Source of the DNA: the human T2T-CHM13v2.0 reference genome, Homo sapiens
Direction: 5' to 3' (one strand)
DNA length: 64,000 nt
Assembly: GCF_009914755.1 (NCBI RefSeq)
Contig: NC_060939.1
Of the stretch, positions 14,580-27,399 are shown piece after piece. The notes below the pieces were generated by a model that was not told the origin of the DNA, made no database searches, and worked only from the letters and a program-made list of their open reading frames with translations. Both the position numbers and the translations under genes were made by a program. Numbering within the stretch: position 1 is the first letter of the stretch; each line of letters begins with the position of its first letter.

Positions 14580-14714
14580 TATGGCCTTAGGCCAAATGTC
14601 TAACATTTTTTTTAATGGAAATATTCTGCTATTTCGCAATATTAATGCTTATTCTACTAAGATAAAGTTTCATATAGAAACTTTGTTGTTAAGCTTCTTT
14701 GTGTTGTAACTTTG

Positions 14715-15350
14715 TCCAGTGGTGCAAAGAGACAGATTTCATACATCAGTAGGAATTGATGGAGTATAAATGGGTAACAATAGTATCCCTGAAAATTTAA
14801 AATGTCCTCATTTCTGTAAACAAACATTACACTTTGAGGAATTTATCCTATAATAAAACTTGCATAGGTACACTATTTTCACTTTCCCTTGGTCATCTTA
14901 GTAAGTATAAAAATATTAATTACGATATCATTTTAATAGCCTGGATTGTAAATGATATAAATGCTCTTCAATACATTAACACATACACTTATTTATTAAT
15001 CGGTTAAATAAATTATATATATTCAAATAACAGAATGCTATTATAGCTTTGAAAATAATAAAGCAGCACTGTGTAAACTTACTAATGATAGCCCCTAAGA
15101 TACTGGAAAGTAAAAAAAAAAAAAAAAACAGAATATTGCATAATACACTATTTAAAGGAAAAAAAAAAAGATGATACATGTGTTTGTGTTTTTGTGTGTG
15201 TGCGTGCACATTAGGACCATCTCTGAAAGAATTATACAAGTGGTAACAATGGTGGGGCGGGGAACTAGGAAACTGGGGGATGGGATGTGATAAGACTTAC
15301 ATTTTATTTTATACCCTTTTATTCATTTTGAATTTTGATTCATAAACACG
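14715..15350 (+). mobile_element. Ancient L1ME 3' end
   Basis: gaggaatttatccta and gtggtaacaatggtgggg...tgtgataagacttacattttatttta. Confidence 0.6.
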
Positions 15351-16704
15351 TAATTCAAAAACTATTTTCTATAAGCAAAATTGACAAATGAGATTTCCTA
15401 TCACAATTTTAGGTTACTTCCCTGATGGATAATGGCTGCAACATTCAGAAAAATTCACAACTAATTTAAAAAATTACATTACACCTTATTTTTCAGAAAA
15501 TCTAAAACATAATGGTTTTTAGTTTCCATGATGATTTCAGTTGTTTCTCTTCTGGAAAGCTGACGTCTTTGGAAGAATCAAGCTTCCTAATTAGATTGTC
15601 ATCTCATTTGTGACAAGCACTGAGGAATTTTCAGATGATAATTGAGAGTCAAAAAGGCCACAACATTTTGCAAAGGTTTCCAGGCTGTGTGGGAACATCA
15701 TAAAAAGATGGTTCTTCTCAAAGCTACTGAGATGACTACCAAATTTAAAAAAAAGAAGACAATAAAATAATCCAGACAGATTCACAGAATCCTAGTGGGG
15801 ACTCATTTCTCTAGGACCAGAGGAAGGTCATGCCAAGAATCGCGTATTCTCTATTTTGCCCTCTACCTTGGAGGTAAGACAGCAGTTTAACTGGGGCCAG
15901 TGGGAAAAGAGGTGAGAAAAAACCAGGGCAGGTCTGAAATGTGGACATGAACATCAATGGGGCAAGGGACAGGGTGCAACTAGGCAGGCAGATCAGGGTC
16001 CCAGCATTTGTGTCCAGTCCATCTGGTCTGATGTGAAAAGAACGACAGAAGAAATATCTAGGCCGTGGTGAAATACAGGTGTCTGGAATTGGCACAGTCT
16101 GAGAATTTGTGGGGAGATGATTTTAATCTAATTTAAATTAGGATCCTAGTTATAGCTAAGTGACCCTGGGCTAGGGTCTAGCTGTTGGGAAGAAAAGCCT
16201 AGAGAACACTAGCTGAGGTTCAGCTACTTGGGTGTTAACCTGGGTCGAGGCTGAATCCCCAGCATAGAGTAAGCAACATTGAAAGATGTAGGAGGTGAGG
16301 ATGAACTTGGTGAGCAGCCAGGAGAAGACCTCACCCTAGACATATGGGACCAAGAAGTCCAGCAGCAAGGCCAAATCCAGAACCCAATCATTGGGAGAAA
16401 AGTGTGAGTAATTTCTAAGTCATGATCCTTAATTCTGTGCTCTTTTTTATAGTTTTATTTTTCTTTCTCATGGAACTCAGTCTGATGTATTCCATTATTA
16501 TTACCCGACTAATTACTCCAAATGAATATCTCACAGCCTGTTCTAACAAGCAATGTCCTACACTCCTTTCCAAGACTTGTTTATTTCTTTGCTTGCTTGC
16601 TTTATTCTCTAACTACAAACTAGACACTTCCTCTGGGATGTTCCACCATCATTTTAAACTCAACGTGTCTTCTTAAGCCAAATGCAACACCTTCCTTTCC
16701 CTTC

Positions 16705-17059
16705 TGTCTTAGTCTATGTCTGCTGCTATAACAAACTACCTTAAACTTGGTAATTTATAAACAACAGAAATTTCTCATAGTTTTGGAGGCTGGGAATTCC
16801 AAGATCAAGGTCCAGCAGATTCAGTGTCCAGCGAAGGCCCATCCCTCATAGATCGTACAATCTAGGTGTCCTCATATGGCAGAAGAGGTGGAAGGGCAGA
16901 AGAGTGCTCCCTTCGACCTCTTTTATAAGGTCCTATTCCCATCTGTGAGGATTCTGCCCCCATAAGTTAATCACCTCCTAAAGGCTCTACCTCAATATTA
17001 TCACGTGGACAGTTAAGTGTCAGCATATGAATTTTGGCAGACACATTCAGACCACAGCA
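16705..17059 (-). mobile_element. MLT1A-type MaLR solo LTR
   Basis: tgtcttagtc...ctgctataacaaactacc...gacacattcagaccacagca, with TG...CA ends. Confidence 0.85.
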
Positions 17060-18686
17060 TATTCCTTTTTTCCTACCCCTCTTCCTCTCTCCCCAGCTTC
17101 TTTGTTCTGTTACCGGTATCTCCATTCTGTCACCCAACTTCAAAATCATGTAGCTATACTTTTGCCACCTTCTTAAAATAACCCAGAGTCAGAAAGTTCA
17201 GCATTCATTCATTCAAATATTACACTGAATGCAAAGTTAGACAAAACTTCATTTCAGGTACTGTCCCCTCTTAGAAATGTACCTTCTTTCTGTTCATTTC
17301 TGCTTATTCCCACCACTATACACTCAAGGTCTTCATAACATGTATCCAATTATTGCAAAAGCTTCATATCAGGCCTCCATGATTCTGATTTCTACACCTT
17401 CTAATTCATTCATTTCTTTACATTAATTTTAAGGTACATTTTCATGTAGGCACTGCATTGTAATTCCCTGGTGCTTACCTGCCCCCGTCTCTAAACTCTA
17501 TGCTCTTTAAGGGAAGGCCCACATTAATCTCTCCTACCATCATATCCCAGAGCCTATATCAGGATATGAAATACAATAGCTTCCAAGAAAATTTATTTAA
17601 TGCTTGAAAATGTTCAATATCTCCCTGTAACTTGTTGCATCAAACCTCTACATCTCTGCTTAGTTCTCGTGTGGCCACAGATTGTCTATTTACCCATACT
17701 GCCCATTTCTTCACCACCTGCTCCCTCTGTATTCCTCAGGCTTATTTATTCACTCTATGCTAATTCCCATCTTCACTAACTTATCCCCACTGTCCTATTG
17801 CCTGAAATGCCTGCCTTTTCCCTCCCTTCCAGAGGGCCTTGACTCTGCACTCAGCTGCAGCAGGTTTTCCAACTAAAGAGGGCAGTTGCAGAATGACAGC
17901 CATCCCTCTTCCTGCCTTCTCAGAGAAGCGTTCATTGCCCCCTCCCTTTCCACAGTGTCAGAGCAAGGACGTGCTCTCTCCCTCCTAAGGTTTTGGCAAC
18001 TGAATGCAAGTCTGTCAACGATGCAAAGGGAGCCAAAGGGCAGAAAATAAAACCTGTCAGAGGCTACAAAGAGGTCCTTCGTCCAGCACCACCCCACAAC
18101 CCCCAAGTTCAGCAGGGCAGGAGGGGAAAAGGGCAAGGAGGCTCACAGACTCTGCTACACCAGAGGTTAGCATTCATTTGCTTCCTAATTCCCCAGCCAA
18201 CCTGCTTCTTGGGTAAAAATTGTGAACTTGGCAAACCTGTATTTTGTCAACAACGGTTCTTCAATCCCCTCAGCATTATTACCATCTGAAAGCTAAGAAG
18301 CTGGAACAGCTTTTCAGGGATGCAACAGGCTAGAGGCAACTGATCATTTCAGATACCCTTCACCTGTGGGTTAAGGAGGCCGGAGCCACATCCCAAACAT
18401 CCTTTGCAATTGCCATAAAGCATAAGTTTAATTAAAACATTTTGTTACATGCCGTCTCAAGCACCAAACTCTGCGAGAGATTCTAAGTATAGAGAGGTGA
18501 AGAAGAAGTGGCCTCTGGTGTCGCAGCAGCCCTGGCATCCCAGCACATCCACCCACGAACTCAGTTACAAGCCCACAGAAGGTTTCCCATCACCACGTTT
18601 GTCCCTCTGGGGATAAACTCCCTCTAGAACCCACTTTCTTTGCCTCTCTGACCTTACTTCAAGCCACTTCTGTAGAGTTCTAGAGC

Positions 18687-18984
18687 TTTTTTTTTTTTTT
18701 TAAAGACAGTGGTTCTGTCACCCAGGCTGGAGCTCAGTGGTGTGATCTTGGCTCATTGCAACCTTTGCCTCCCAGGCTCAGGTGATCCTCCTCCCACCCC
18801 AGCCTCCTGAGCAGCTGGGATTACAGGCATGCATGACCACACCCAGCCAATTTTTATATTTTTAGTAGAGACAGGATTTTCGCCATGCTGCCCAGGCTGG
18901 TCTCGAACTCCTGACCTCAAATGATCCACTAGCCTTGGCCTCCCAAGGTCCTAGGATTATAGGCGTGAACCATGGTGCCTGCCC
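18687..18984 (-). mobile_element. AluJb-type SINE
   Basis: Poly-T plus antisense Alu with gctcaggtgatcctcc right-arm J diagnostics. Confidence 0.93.
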
Positions 18985-19179
18985 CAAGATCTAGATTTTC
19001 TTATGCACTGCCCATCTTGCCGACTTAATGTTTTGCATTGTTCACTTCTTCCTTAATTCCGAAAGCTCTCTTTTGACTTTGCACTCTGATTCCCCTTTGC
19101 CTCCAGCTTCTCCCATACAGAGTCTTATAGGTCTTATTCTCCCATACAGATTCTTACAGGTCTGGCTATCAGAATCCAG

Positions 19180-19282
19180 GTCTGATGATGACTGCACAAC
19201 ATGGTTGGACTTAATGCCACTAAGTTGTACACTTAAAAAATGGTTAAGTGGTAAATGTTATGTTATGTTTATTATCACAATA
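19180..19282 (+). mobile_element. L1MA/MB 3' end fragment
   Basis: tgcacaac...cttaatgccactaagttgtacacttaaaaaatggttaa. Confidence 0.75.
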
Positions 19283-19399
19283 CAACATATACATATATAT
19301 ATCCCAAGCCCAGCCGGAGCCCCTAGACCTGGCCCCGGCAGCAGAAGCCATCACCTGCTGTGAAGGAACTCAGACTCAAATAGGAGATACACAATTTAA

Positions 19400-19850
19400 C
19401 ATCCATTAATTGAGGGAGAAATTACTGACCATCTACTACACGTTAAACACTGGGAACTGAGAATTCAGGGAAGACCATGAAAAATATACTACTGTCTTTA
19501 TGAAGCTTAATCTAGTCTGGGACATAGTCATCAAGCAGACAGGCACAAAATTAAGTAATTCATTAAAATACTAATAAATGCAATGAAGGGAAGTACAGGG
19601 TCCTATGAAAGCACAGAGCTGGAGGATGGGGCTTCAGAGGAGACTTCCCTGAGAAAGTGACCTTGACACTAAGAAGTGAAGGACAAGCCATCATTTCCCA
19701 GGCAAAAGGGGTGTGGTGGGGATGGTGAGGGTAGGGCATTCAGGCAGGGAGAATGGCATGTATAAAATAAAGGACCTGTCACAAAAGGTAGGAATTAATG
19801 TGGTTCTTTTGAGGGACTGCTAGAAGCCAACATAGGGCCCAAGCAGAGAG
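19400..19850 (-). mobile_element. L2 LINE 3' region
   Basis: gacttccctgagaaagtgaccttgacactaagaagtgaagga...ggcattcaggcagggagaatggcatg. Confidence 0.65.
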
Positions 19851-19923
19851 GCACAAGACATCAGGCCAGCTGCCTGACACAAGCTCCAATAGCCTGAAGC
19901 ACTAAACCTCCATGAAGAGTTAA

Positions 19924-20209
19924 TGGCTCACATCTGTAATCCCAGCACTTTGGGAGGCCAAGGTGGGCAGATCACCTGAGGTAAGGAGTTCGAGACCAGC
20001 CTAGCCAGCATGGTGAAACCCCTCTCTAATAAAAATACAAAAATTAGCTGGGCATGGTGGCACATGCCTGTAATTTGGAGCTACTTGGGAGACTGAATCA
20101 GGAGAATCGCTTGAACCCAGGAGGCAGAGGTTGCACTGAACCAAGATCGCGCCACTGCACTCCAGCCTGGGTGACAGAGCAAGACTCTGTCTCAAAACAA
20201 AACAAAAAA
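19924..20209 (+). mobile_element. AluSx-type SINE, about 12 nt 5'-truncated
   Basis: Starts at tggctcacatctgtaatccc. TSD aagagttaa (19915-19923, 20210-20218). Confidence 0.95.
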
Positions 20210-22369
20210 AAGAGTTAAAATTTGGAGGGAATCAGAGACTTTGAAATCAGAGGACGAAATTCCAGGCATTCCAGGCACAGAGGCTACCTGAGCAAAGGTT
20301 CTAACGTGGGAAATGCTGAGGGCATTTGGGGACAGGAAGTCGTCCTGTTTTAATGAAGTTCGCACGGGAAGGATAAGGAGAGGAAAATGGTGGATGTGAA
20401 AGATAAGAAGCAAGTTAAATAGAGTCCTTCGTCAGGATGGTTGGTTCTAGAACCGCAGGTAGGAGTGGCCTCCCCGGCTCTCACCTGTCTTCTCCTACCG
20501 CTGAGGGATGACCCTGCAAACCAAAACACCAGCTCTCAATCACTTGTAGAAAATCAACACCACAACTGAGAGGGACACAGCTCTCCAAGGCCTCAGGAGA
20601 CAGCGCCGGAGGGAGCCCTCTCCTCGGGTTAAACAGTTTGAAAGCAGTAACAAAATTAGCCAAAGAGTTCAAATGATGGCAGGCTCGGGGGCCTTGGGGC
20701 CAGCACAGCACCAGAGTCCTCGATACCAATAGACCACATTGCTTCTTTGAGCCTTTGCTGGGATGCAAGCAGTCGAAAGAATTGAGCTGAGAAACCGTGA
20801 GATCCTCAGCTTGGTAGGTGGAAGCATTCCTGGCTGCATCTGTTAGCCCCAGATTTGACCATGGAATTCTGAAAACCTTTGCCTTTTGCCATTTTGTGTT
20901 CACCTCAGGCTCCAAAAACTCTTTTGTCTCTGTGGACTGTAAACACTCTCAGCAAGCTGGATCACTCACTTATCCAGGTGGAAGCCAAGTATGAACACAT
21001 AAGGATATCATTAGCCTCTTTTTCCTGATAACAAGGAAGACTGTTCTCCAGAAAAGTGCTGCCCCAGAGGCTGGCCTGCTAGGACAACAAGCATCCTTCA
21101 CATCTGCGGTAGGAACCCAGCTCCACTTTCATGGGATACCTCCTCCTCACAGGCCCTCGGAGGAATCCCTGTCCTGCTGGCTGGGAGCTGCCAGGACCAG
21201 AGTGTACTCCCCACAGAAGTGTACTAAGCGGGCACTCAGGGAACTGGGCCTGCAGAAACATGGAGGGGGGTCTCCATTTCCACCACCGTAAATTGTGATG
21301 CTGGAAAGATCTGTAAAGTTTTTCAGTTCAGCTCCTCTGCTCCTCCAATGAGTAAATTAGTCCAGGAAAGAGGAAGTGACCTGCCTGTGCAGAGGCCATG
21401 TCTCCCGTCACTGTCCTGGCTACTTCATGGTTCAAATTTCCATCAGAAAAGTTCATCAGAACCAGCATATTTGTAAAATTGGACTTTGTACCCATTTTAA
21501 TAATTAAAGATCTAGTATTATTTTATAAACAAATGACAAACTTTATAGTAATATCTCTGGTTAGTTTTTGAAAATGGAAGTTGTAGGGAAATTAGAGGCA
21601 TTTTTCTAGCTTCAGAGCGTAAGTTAAAAATTATAGAACCTTTTCTAAGAATTAAATGGCCTTGAAGAGTATTAAAAAATAAAGGAGAATAATTCTCCTG
21701 AGCCAGGTAGAGACTAGGCTGTTGACTCTTTGAGGGTGAGATTTTACCCAAAAACCATACTCACAGTCCAAGTCCTTTGGATTAAAGCAGCCACTTCAGG
21801 GACCCACATGTCACCTCCCCACCTTCATTTCTACACACATCTTCCTAATAGAGTTTTATCATCATTATTATGACCATGTAAACATAGTCCATTGCTGAAC
21901 CAGGGAGCATATGATGACTGCTTTTTTGGTTTCTTAGACTTCCCCTCCCAGAGTTAACTCTTTTTCCCCCCACCTTATTTGGCTATTTGAATCACATACA
22001 AAGTCTTCCTATACCCTAAAACTGCTTTGTAAAATGCTTCCCAATTTCATTTTCTGCTTGGATAAATTAAATAAACAAATGGTTCTATTTTTTCTCTACA
22101 AGCATCCCTTGGGGAGCATTTTAGATCATACTTGGCAGTGACTTGAATTCCCCTGATTATAAAGGTAAAGACCTGTAAACCTGTTTCCCAGGCCTTGCAT
22201 CAGAAGTCTGTTTTATAGAAAAAGAATGCCATGATGCAGAAATTCTAAAGATGCTTATTCTTCAGCCTAGAAAAATAATTTTGGAAGAAATAAGGTTTCT
22301 CTAGTGACTTAGAGCTCATTTGGCCTGAAACCTTGTAGAGTCCCCTGACTTGTGTGCCCACAGGGGTGT

Positions 22370-22990
22370 AACAGAGAGTATAGATGGCTTCATGTCCGAA
22401 GGCTGGATTTGAATCCTGCCTCTGCCACTTATAAGCTATGCCAGGAAGGACGCATCGCTGAGCCTCTTTGTTCTTTGATATAGTTTATTTGTCCCCACCC
22501 AAATCTCATGTTGAAATGTAATTCCCAGTGCTAGATGTGGGGCCTGGTGGGAGGTACTTGAATCATGGGGGTGGATCCCTCATGACTTGCTGCCGTCTTC
22601 ACATTAGTGAGGGAGTTCTCAGAAGATCTGCTTGTTTAAAAGTATACGGCACCTCCCCACCAACTCTCTCTCTCTTGCTCCTGCTTTCACCATGTGATAT
22701 GCCTGTTCCTGCTTTGCCTTTTGCCACAAGTAAAAGTTCCCTGAGGCCTCCCCAAAAGTCTAGCAATGTTGGTGCCATGCTTGTACAGCCTACAGAACTG
22801 TGAACTAATTAAACCTCTTTTCTGTATAAATTACCCAGTCTCAGGTTTTTCTTTATAGCAACACAAGAACGGCCTAATACATTCTTACTCTATGAAATGG
22901 AAGCAGTGATATCATTCAAAATACCAACAAGAAATGAGAAAATGAAATGTCAAATCACCTAACAGAGATCCAGACACATAACTGATACTG
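22370..22990 (+). mobile_element. MIR SINE split by MSTB LTR
   Basis: ggatttgaatcctgcctctgccactta before the LTR, resuming with ctatgaaatggaagcagtgata after it. Confidence 0.65.
22476..22881 (+). mobile_element. MSTB-type MaLR solo LTR
   Basis: tgatatagttt...caaatctcatgttgaaatgtaat...ggcctaataca with perfect 5-bp TSD ttctt. Confidence 0.92.
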
Positions 22991-24184
22991 AATTACTGTT
23001 AACTGAATTGAAAAGTATCAACTTACTCCCCCCACCTTGCCAGCTTTCTGGCAGGACAACTCTGAGATGCCTTAACATTCATACAACCCTCTTAAAAATA
23101 TGAATGCAGACTCCTCAGATATATGGAACCAATTTGTCAGCCTTCTGAAATCTTGTCTTCTAAAAAGTACCCCATAGCAAGCAAAATGATTTTAGGGGAC
23201 TTGAATGTCAGGGTTAGTGACGACTCTGCCAAAGCTTTAAACACAGGAAATTTGAAAAAAGATTGCTTCTTACCTGTTTCTGTGAGAGCCATTTATCCAA
23301 AATCAGCTATTGGATCAAAAAGAAAAATAATTGTCCAATTGTATTCATCATCAGTATCCATCGATATGAAACCATAGCCCATGGAATAAGTATTTGGGGG
23401 AATTTCGTTTGTAATGCCACACAATAGGCCAACATTGGTTTTTAATCACCCAATCATTCTTTCATCTATTATTTCCATCTTTAACATGTGTGATCTAGGC
23501 CAAATTGAAGATGATTATGTCTCCATTAAGCCTCTTCTAATCCTCAAAAATATCTGTTTCTGAGTCTATTTCTGAGTTTCAAATGGACTTTGAGATTATG
23601 GAACTAGGGAGGGTAACATGGAATGAGGCTCATTCTAATCCCCAAATAAACCGTCTCGAAGTGGAACCATGTGGAGCTCTCTTCTCACATTCTGTTCTGA
23701 GCCGTGTTCCCTCCAACTATACCAATAACCCAGAGATGAGCTAAACCCAGTCTGACCACTCTGCTTAGCCAGGAACTGGCCACTCTGTCACGGTTGGAAG
23801 AAGTTTAACAGAAAGTCAAATGAATTCTCACAAAACTGACAAGAAACTGTCTTAAATGGATCTCAGAAGATGCCCCCTAAAACCTACTAAATTTAAATAA
23901 TTGATCTAGCAATGATTTTCAACATGTAAGGTCACCAAACCTTAGAATTTACTCGTTCAGCCTAGAACACTGAGAAAATTCCTCCCAAATGCATACTCTT
24001 TGCCCCCCAGCCACAAGTGTAGCAGAAGAAAAATTAATTAGGAATCTCCCTCAACTTCTAGCAGAGAATTTGGATATGGTAATTTTCTATAAACCTGGAC
24101 GCTAACATTCTTTTGTTAACATAGTTGTAATGGAAAATTGAACAAAATGCAAAACCACAAATAGCATTTCACATGGCAGGCAAT

Positions 24185-24400
24185 CAGAGGCATGGCACAG
24201 CAGAATAGTGAACTTAGATTCAAGTCCTGCTTGGCCATTTTCTAGCTCTGTGGCTTTAGAAAAGTAACTTTACATCTCTGTGCTTCAGTTTCTTTGTCTG
24301 AGAAAGGTTAATACCTCCCCAGCACAGACTTGTTTTAAAAATGTAACAGGATACCATAAGTGAAAGCAACTTTTGAAATGTAAAAGCTTTATCCTAATAT
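24185..24400 (+). mobile_element. MIR SINE
   Basis: gattcaagtcctgcttggccatt...ctctgtgcttcagtttctttgtctg. Confidence 0.75.
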
Positions 24401-26323
24401 CCTGATTATTGTATTGAGTCCAAATGAATATATTGTGTAGTTGGCATATATCCATTTTCTATTTGAGATGGGATAAGTTAGGAAGGCCAACATTTAAATA
24501 ATTTTGAGGCTCTCCAGACCACACCATTCCATCAAGATGATACTCAGTGAAGCCGCACAAAATGGGTACCTGAGACTTCATAAGTAAGGTCTCAGGATCT
24601 CACTAGAAAAAGTCATTTCCCTGTAATCCTGTGCTACTGTATTACACAACCACAACAAACCTTACTTCTCTCCACGCCCCATTCCACTTGCTTAGAACAG
24701 GGGACAGCCCTTTGTATAATTTCTACATTTGTAGTACAGCTGACACATGGATGATCTTTATTTTAGGTTTATATTCGTACTTTGATGATGACCAGGCAAT
24801 TTTTCTCTCACCTAGTCCAGTCTTCTAATTTTTAACTGAACTCTCAAGGGTAATCTGTTTTTATTCCTGTCTCTTGTTTTTTTGGCCTCCCTATCTCTCG
24901 GTTTCTCAGTCTCTGTTCCTTTTACTGTTTCTCTTTCTCTTATGCAAACACACACACACACCCTGATCCAATCCTTCAGTGTCTTAATTCAGGTCCTAAA
25001 CCTTCCAGTGAGATTTCTGACTTAGCATCTGCTGAGCCACAATTCACATGTGACGCTCTGCACTTCTTCCCAGGTACGTTTCAGCTGCAGGCTCTGTATT
25101 ATTTTGGTGTGTTATCTGTACACAGACACTCACGGCAAAAGAAATTACTCACTCGTGGAAAGAGATGCCAAACCCTTAATTCAAAAACACCAAATGAGTA
25201 ATTCTCAAAGCATATTTTTCTCCTTCAACCAGGACATTTTAATTATCTTGAAGTAAACAAGAAGCCTCACAAGGGTTACTCAAATTGTTCTTTCAAAATT
25301 TTCCCTCCCCTATACCTAAGGATTTCCACCTGCCCTAAAGTTCTTCATGAAGCGAGCCTTTGTTTACCACCCATGTGATAAAAAGCCCATAAAAATGGGG
25401 AGGTAAACTTTGCATCCATTTCTAGTCCCAAATTGGCCTGAGGACTAAAGAGAGCCCAGAAATAAGCAATGACCCATCTCTTTGGCTAAGTGTGCACTGA
25501 CTTGGCCCAAATGGTCAGGCTTCCTGCCTGTAGCTACATAGTTAGTTGTGATAAGGAGCAAAGAAAACCAAACAGCTTCAAGGACTAAAGCATACTTTCT
25601 ACTGAATGATTTGTGCTGTTAGTGTTGCAGTCTGATAAGCAAAACACATTTCCCTTGCCAGTGGAGGCCTATTACCAGAGCAGAGGCACAGGGAGCTGAA
25701 AACATTTCACACACAGTAGCAAGGAGGAAAGACCTGTAGGTGGGTGGTTTCAAACACGCATCTAGCCTAACTCCGAACTACAGCTGCCAACAAAAGGCTT
25801 TTACCTCCCCTCAGTGAGTGATGATACAGTCGAGTCACCATAGAGCCACTGCTGCTAGGAAGTGGCTGAGTACTAGAAACCAGTCACAGACTGTTTACCA
25901 ACCAGACAAGTAGAACTGAGAATATAATCTTTGTACCATACATAATTCTCTCTAATGAGCCAATGCCCTGAGGTTAAATAGAATTTACTCAACCCAATTA
26001 AACTGGCCAGGGTCAGGGGATCATTAGGAATTTGGGCCCTTCATATTTCAGCAATGAATCATAAATCATTTAAAGTTTCATTTATAAGGATGAAATTCTT
26101 CAATCAAAGGGTTAACATTTTTACTTGTAGAAACTTTCAGGTTACCTCTCAATATTTTTTTTACTCTTTATTTTTCTCTTCTCTGGGATTTAAAAAATAT
26201 AATTTGGAGCTTTCTTCCAGATCTCTCAGCTGCTCTTTTCATTTTTAAACCTCTTTATCTGCTATCCCAGTCATTCCTTTAGTTTTATCTTCAGTTCATA
26301 ATTTTCCCTTCCACTGTGTCAAC

Positions 26324-26486
26324 CAGCGATGGGACAAGGGTAAGACAAGCAAGGTACTCAGAGTGTACAATGTAAGAAGTCACTCACTCTTGGGCATGCG
26401 CTAGTTCAGGGTTGGCAGCGACAGTGAGTGCCTTCTTACATTTTGCACCCTGGATACCTTCCTTGCCTCACCCTAGACTGGCCCAG
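26324..26486. mobile_element. MER96-like palindromic hAT MITE
   Basis: Self-complementary arms (aagaagtcactcact...agtgagtgccttctt; agggtaagacaag...cttgcctcaccct) inserted in old L1-like DNA. Confidence 0.7.
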
Positions 26487-27186
26487 ATGTCTAGTCTACA
26501 GTTCACCTTATCACTTGCAATTTCTATTTCAATGACTACACTTTTCACTTCCAAGGTTTCTATATTTTAATCCCTATCTATTCTTAAGAATTCTTTGTTC
26601 CCCTTCCCTCTTTTACTTATTTGATGATTCAAGAATCCTTATTTTAACATTTAATATTGCACCATTATGTCTGGTTCTTCATGCATGGACTCCACAGATT
26701 CTTGGGTCTGTTGACTATCCTCATGCCAGAAAATATTCTTGTGTGCTTTGTAATTTTTCTTGAAAGCTTACCTTGTTTGGGAGGGAATTTGTTTGTTTTG
26801 TTTCTTTTTGGTAGACTCCTCTCCCTGTCAAGTAGCTTTTGGGTTGGTTGCCTTACTCTGGTAGTACTCCAGGTTTGTGTCCCCAAGCCAAGATGTAGTG
26901 TCTTATTCCCAGCCAAAGCTCATAGTGTCACATTGAGGCTGATGGCTGCATGCGGCAGGGCCTGGCTCCAATTCCTGTGCAGATGTCTCTTCTCTCTCCC
27001 AGAACCACAAGCAATCAGGTCCAATGATCAGTAGTTAGTGGAGTTTTTTCATGTTCAATTTACTGTTAGAAGCTGTGAATACTGATTTCGGCTTTCTCTG
27101 AGAAGTCCATCACACGTGTTCTGCCTTTTGTGGAATAAGCAATGCCTTCATCAGCAAATGGTCTTAGAAGCTGTCTCCAATATTTT

Positions 27187-27191
27187 TGTGT

Positions 27192-27236
<45 letters not shown>

Positions 27237-27315
27237 CGCTTAGTATATGTGTATATATATGTCCTGTGTGTGTATACACATTTAGTATGTGTGTGTGGAT
27301 ATGTTCTGTGTGTTT
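27187..27315. repeat. (TG)19 microsatellite with degenerate TG/TA tail
   Basis: Pure TG run 27195-27232. Confidence 0.95.
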
Positions 27316-27399
27316 CTTATGAGCTAATTGCCTTTAGCCTCTGTTCACTACTATAGGTTTCTGTTCCAGATCATGAATTAATGAATAAAATTAGAATTC

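Noticed and set aside
17868-17890. CTCF-like motif (also near 62190)
   Set aside because: Only partial matches to the core consensus, so unsupported without ChIP data.
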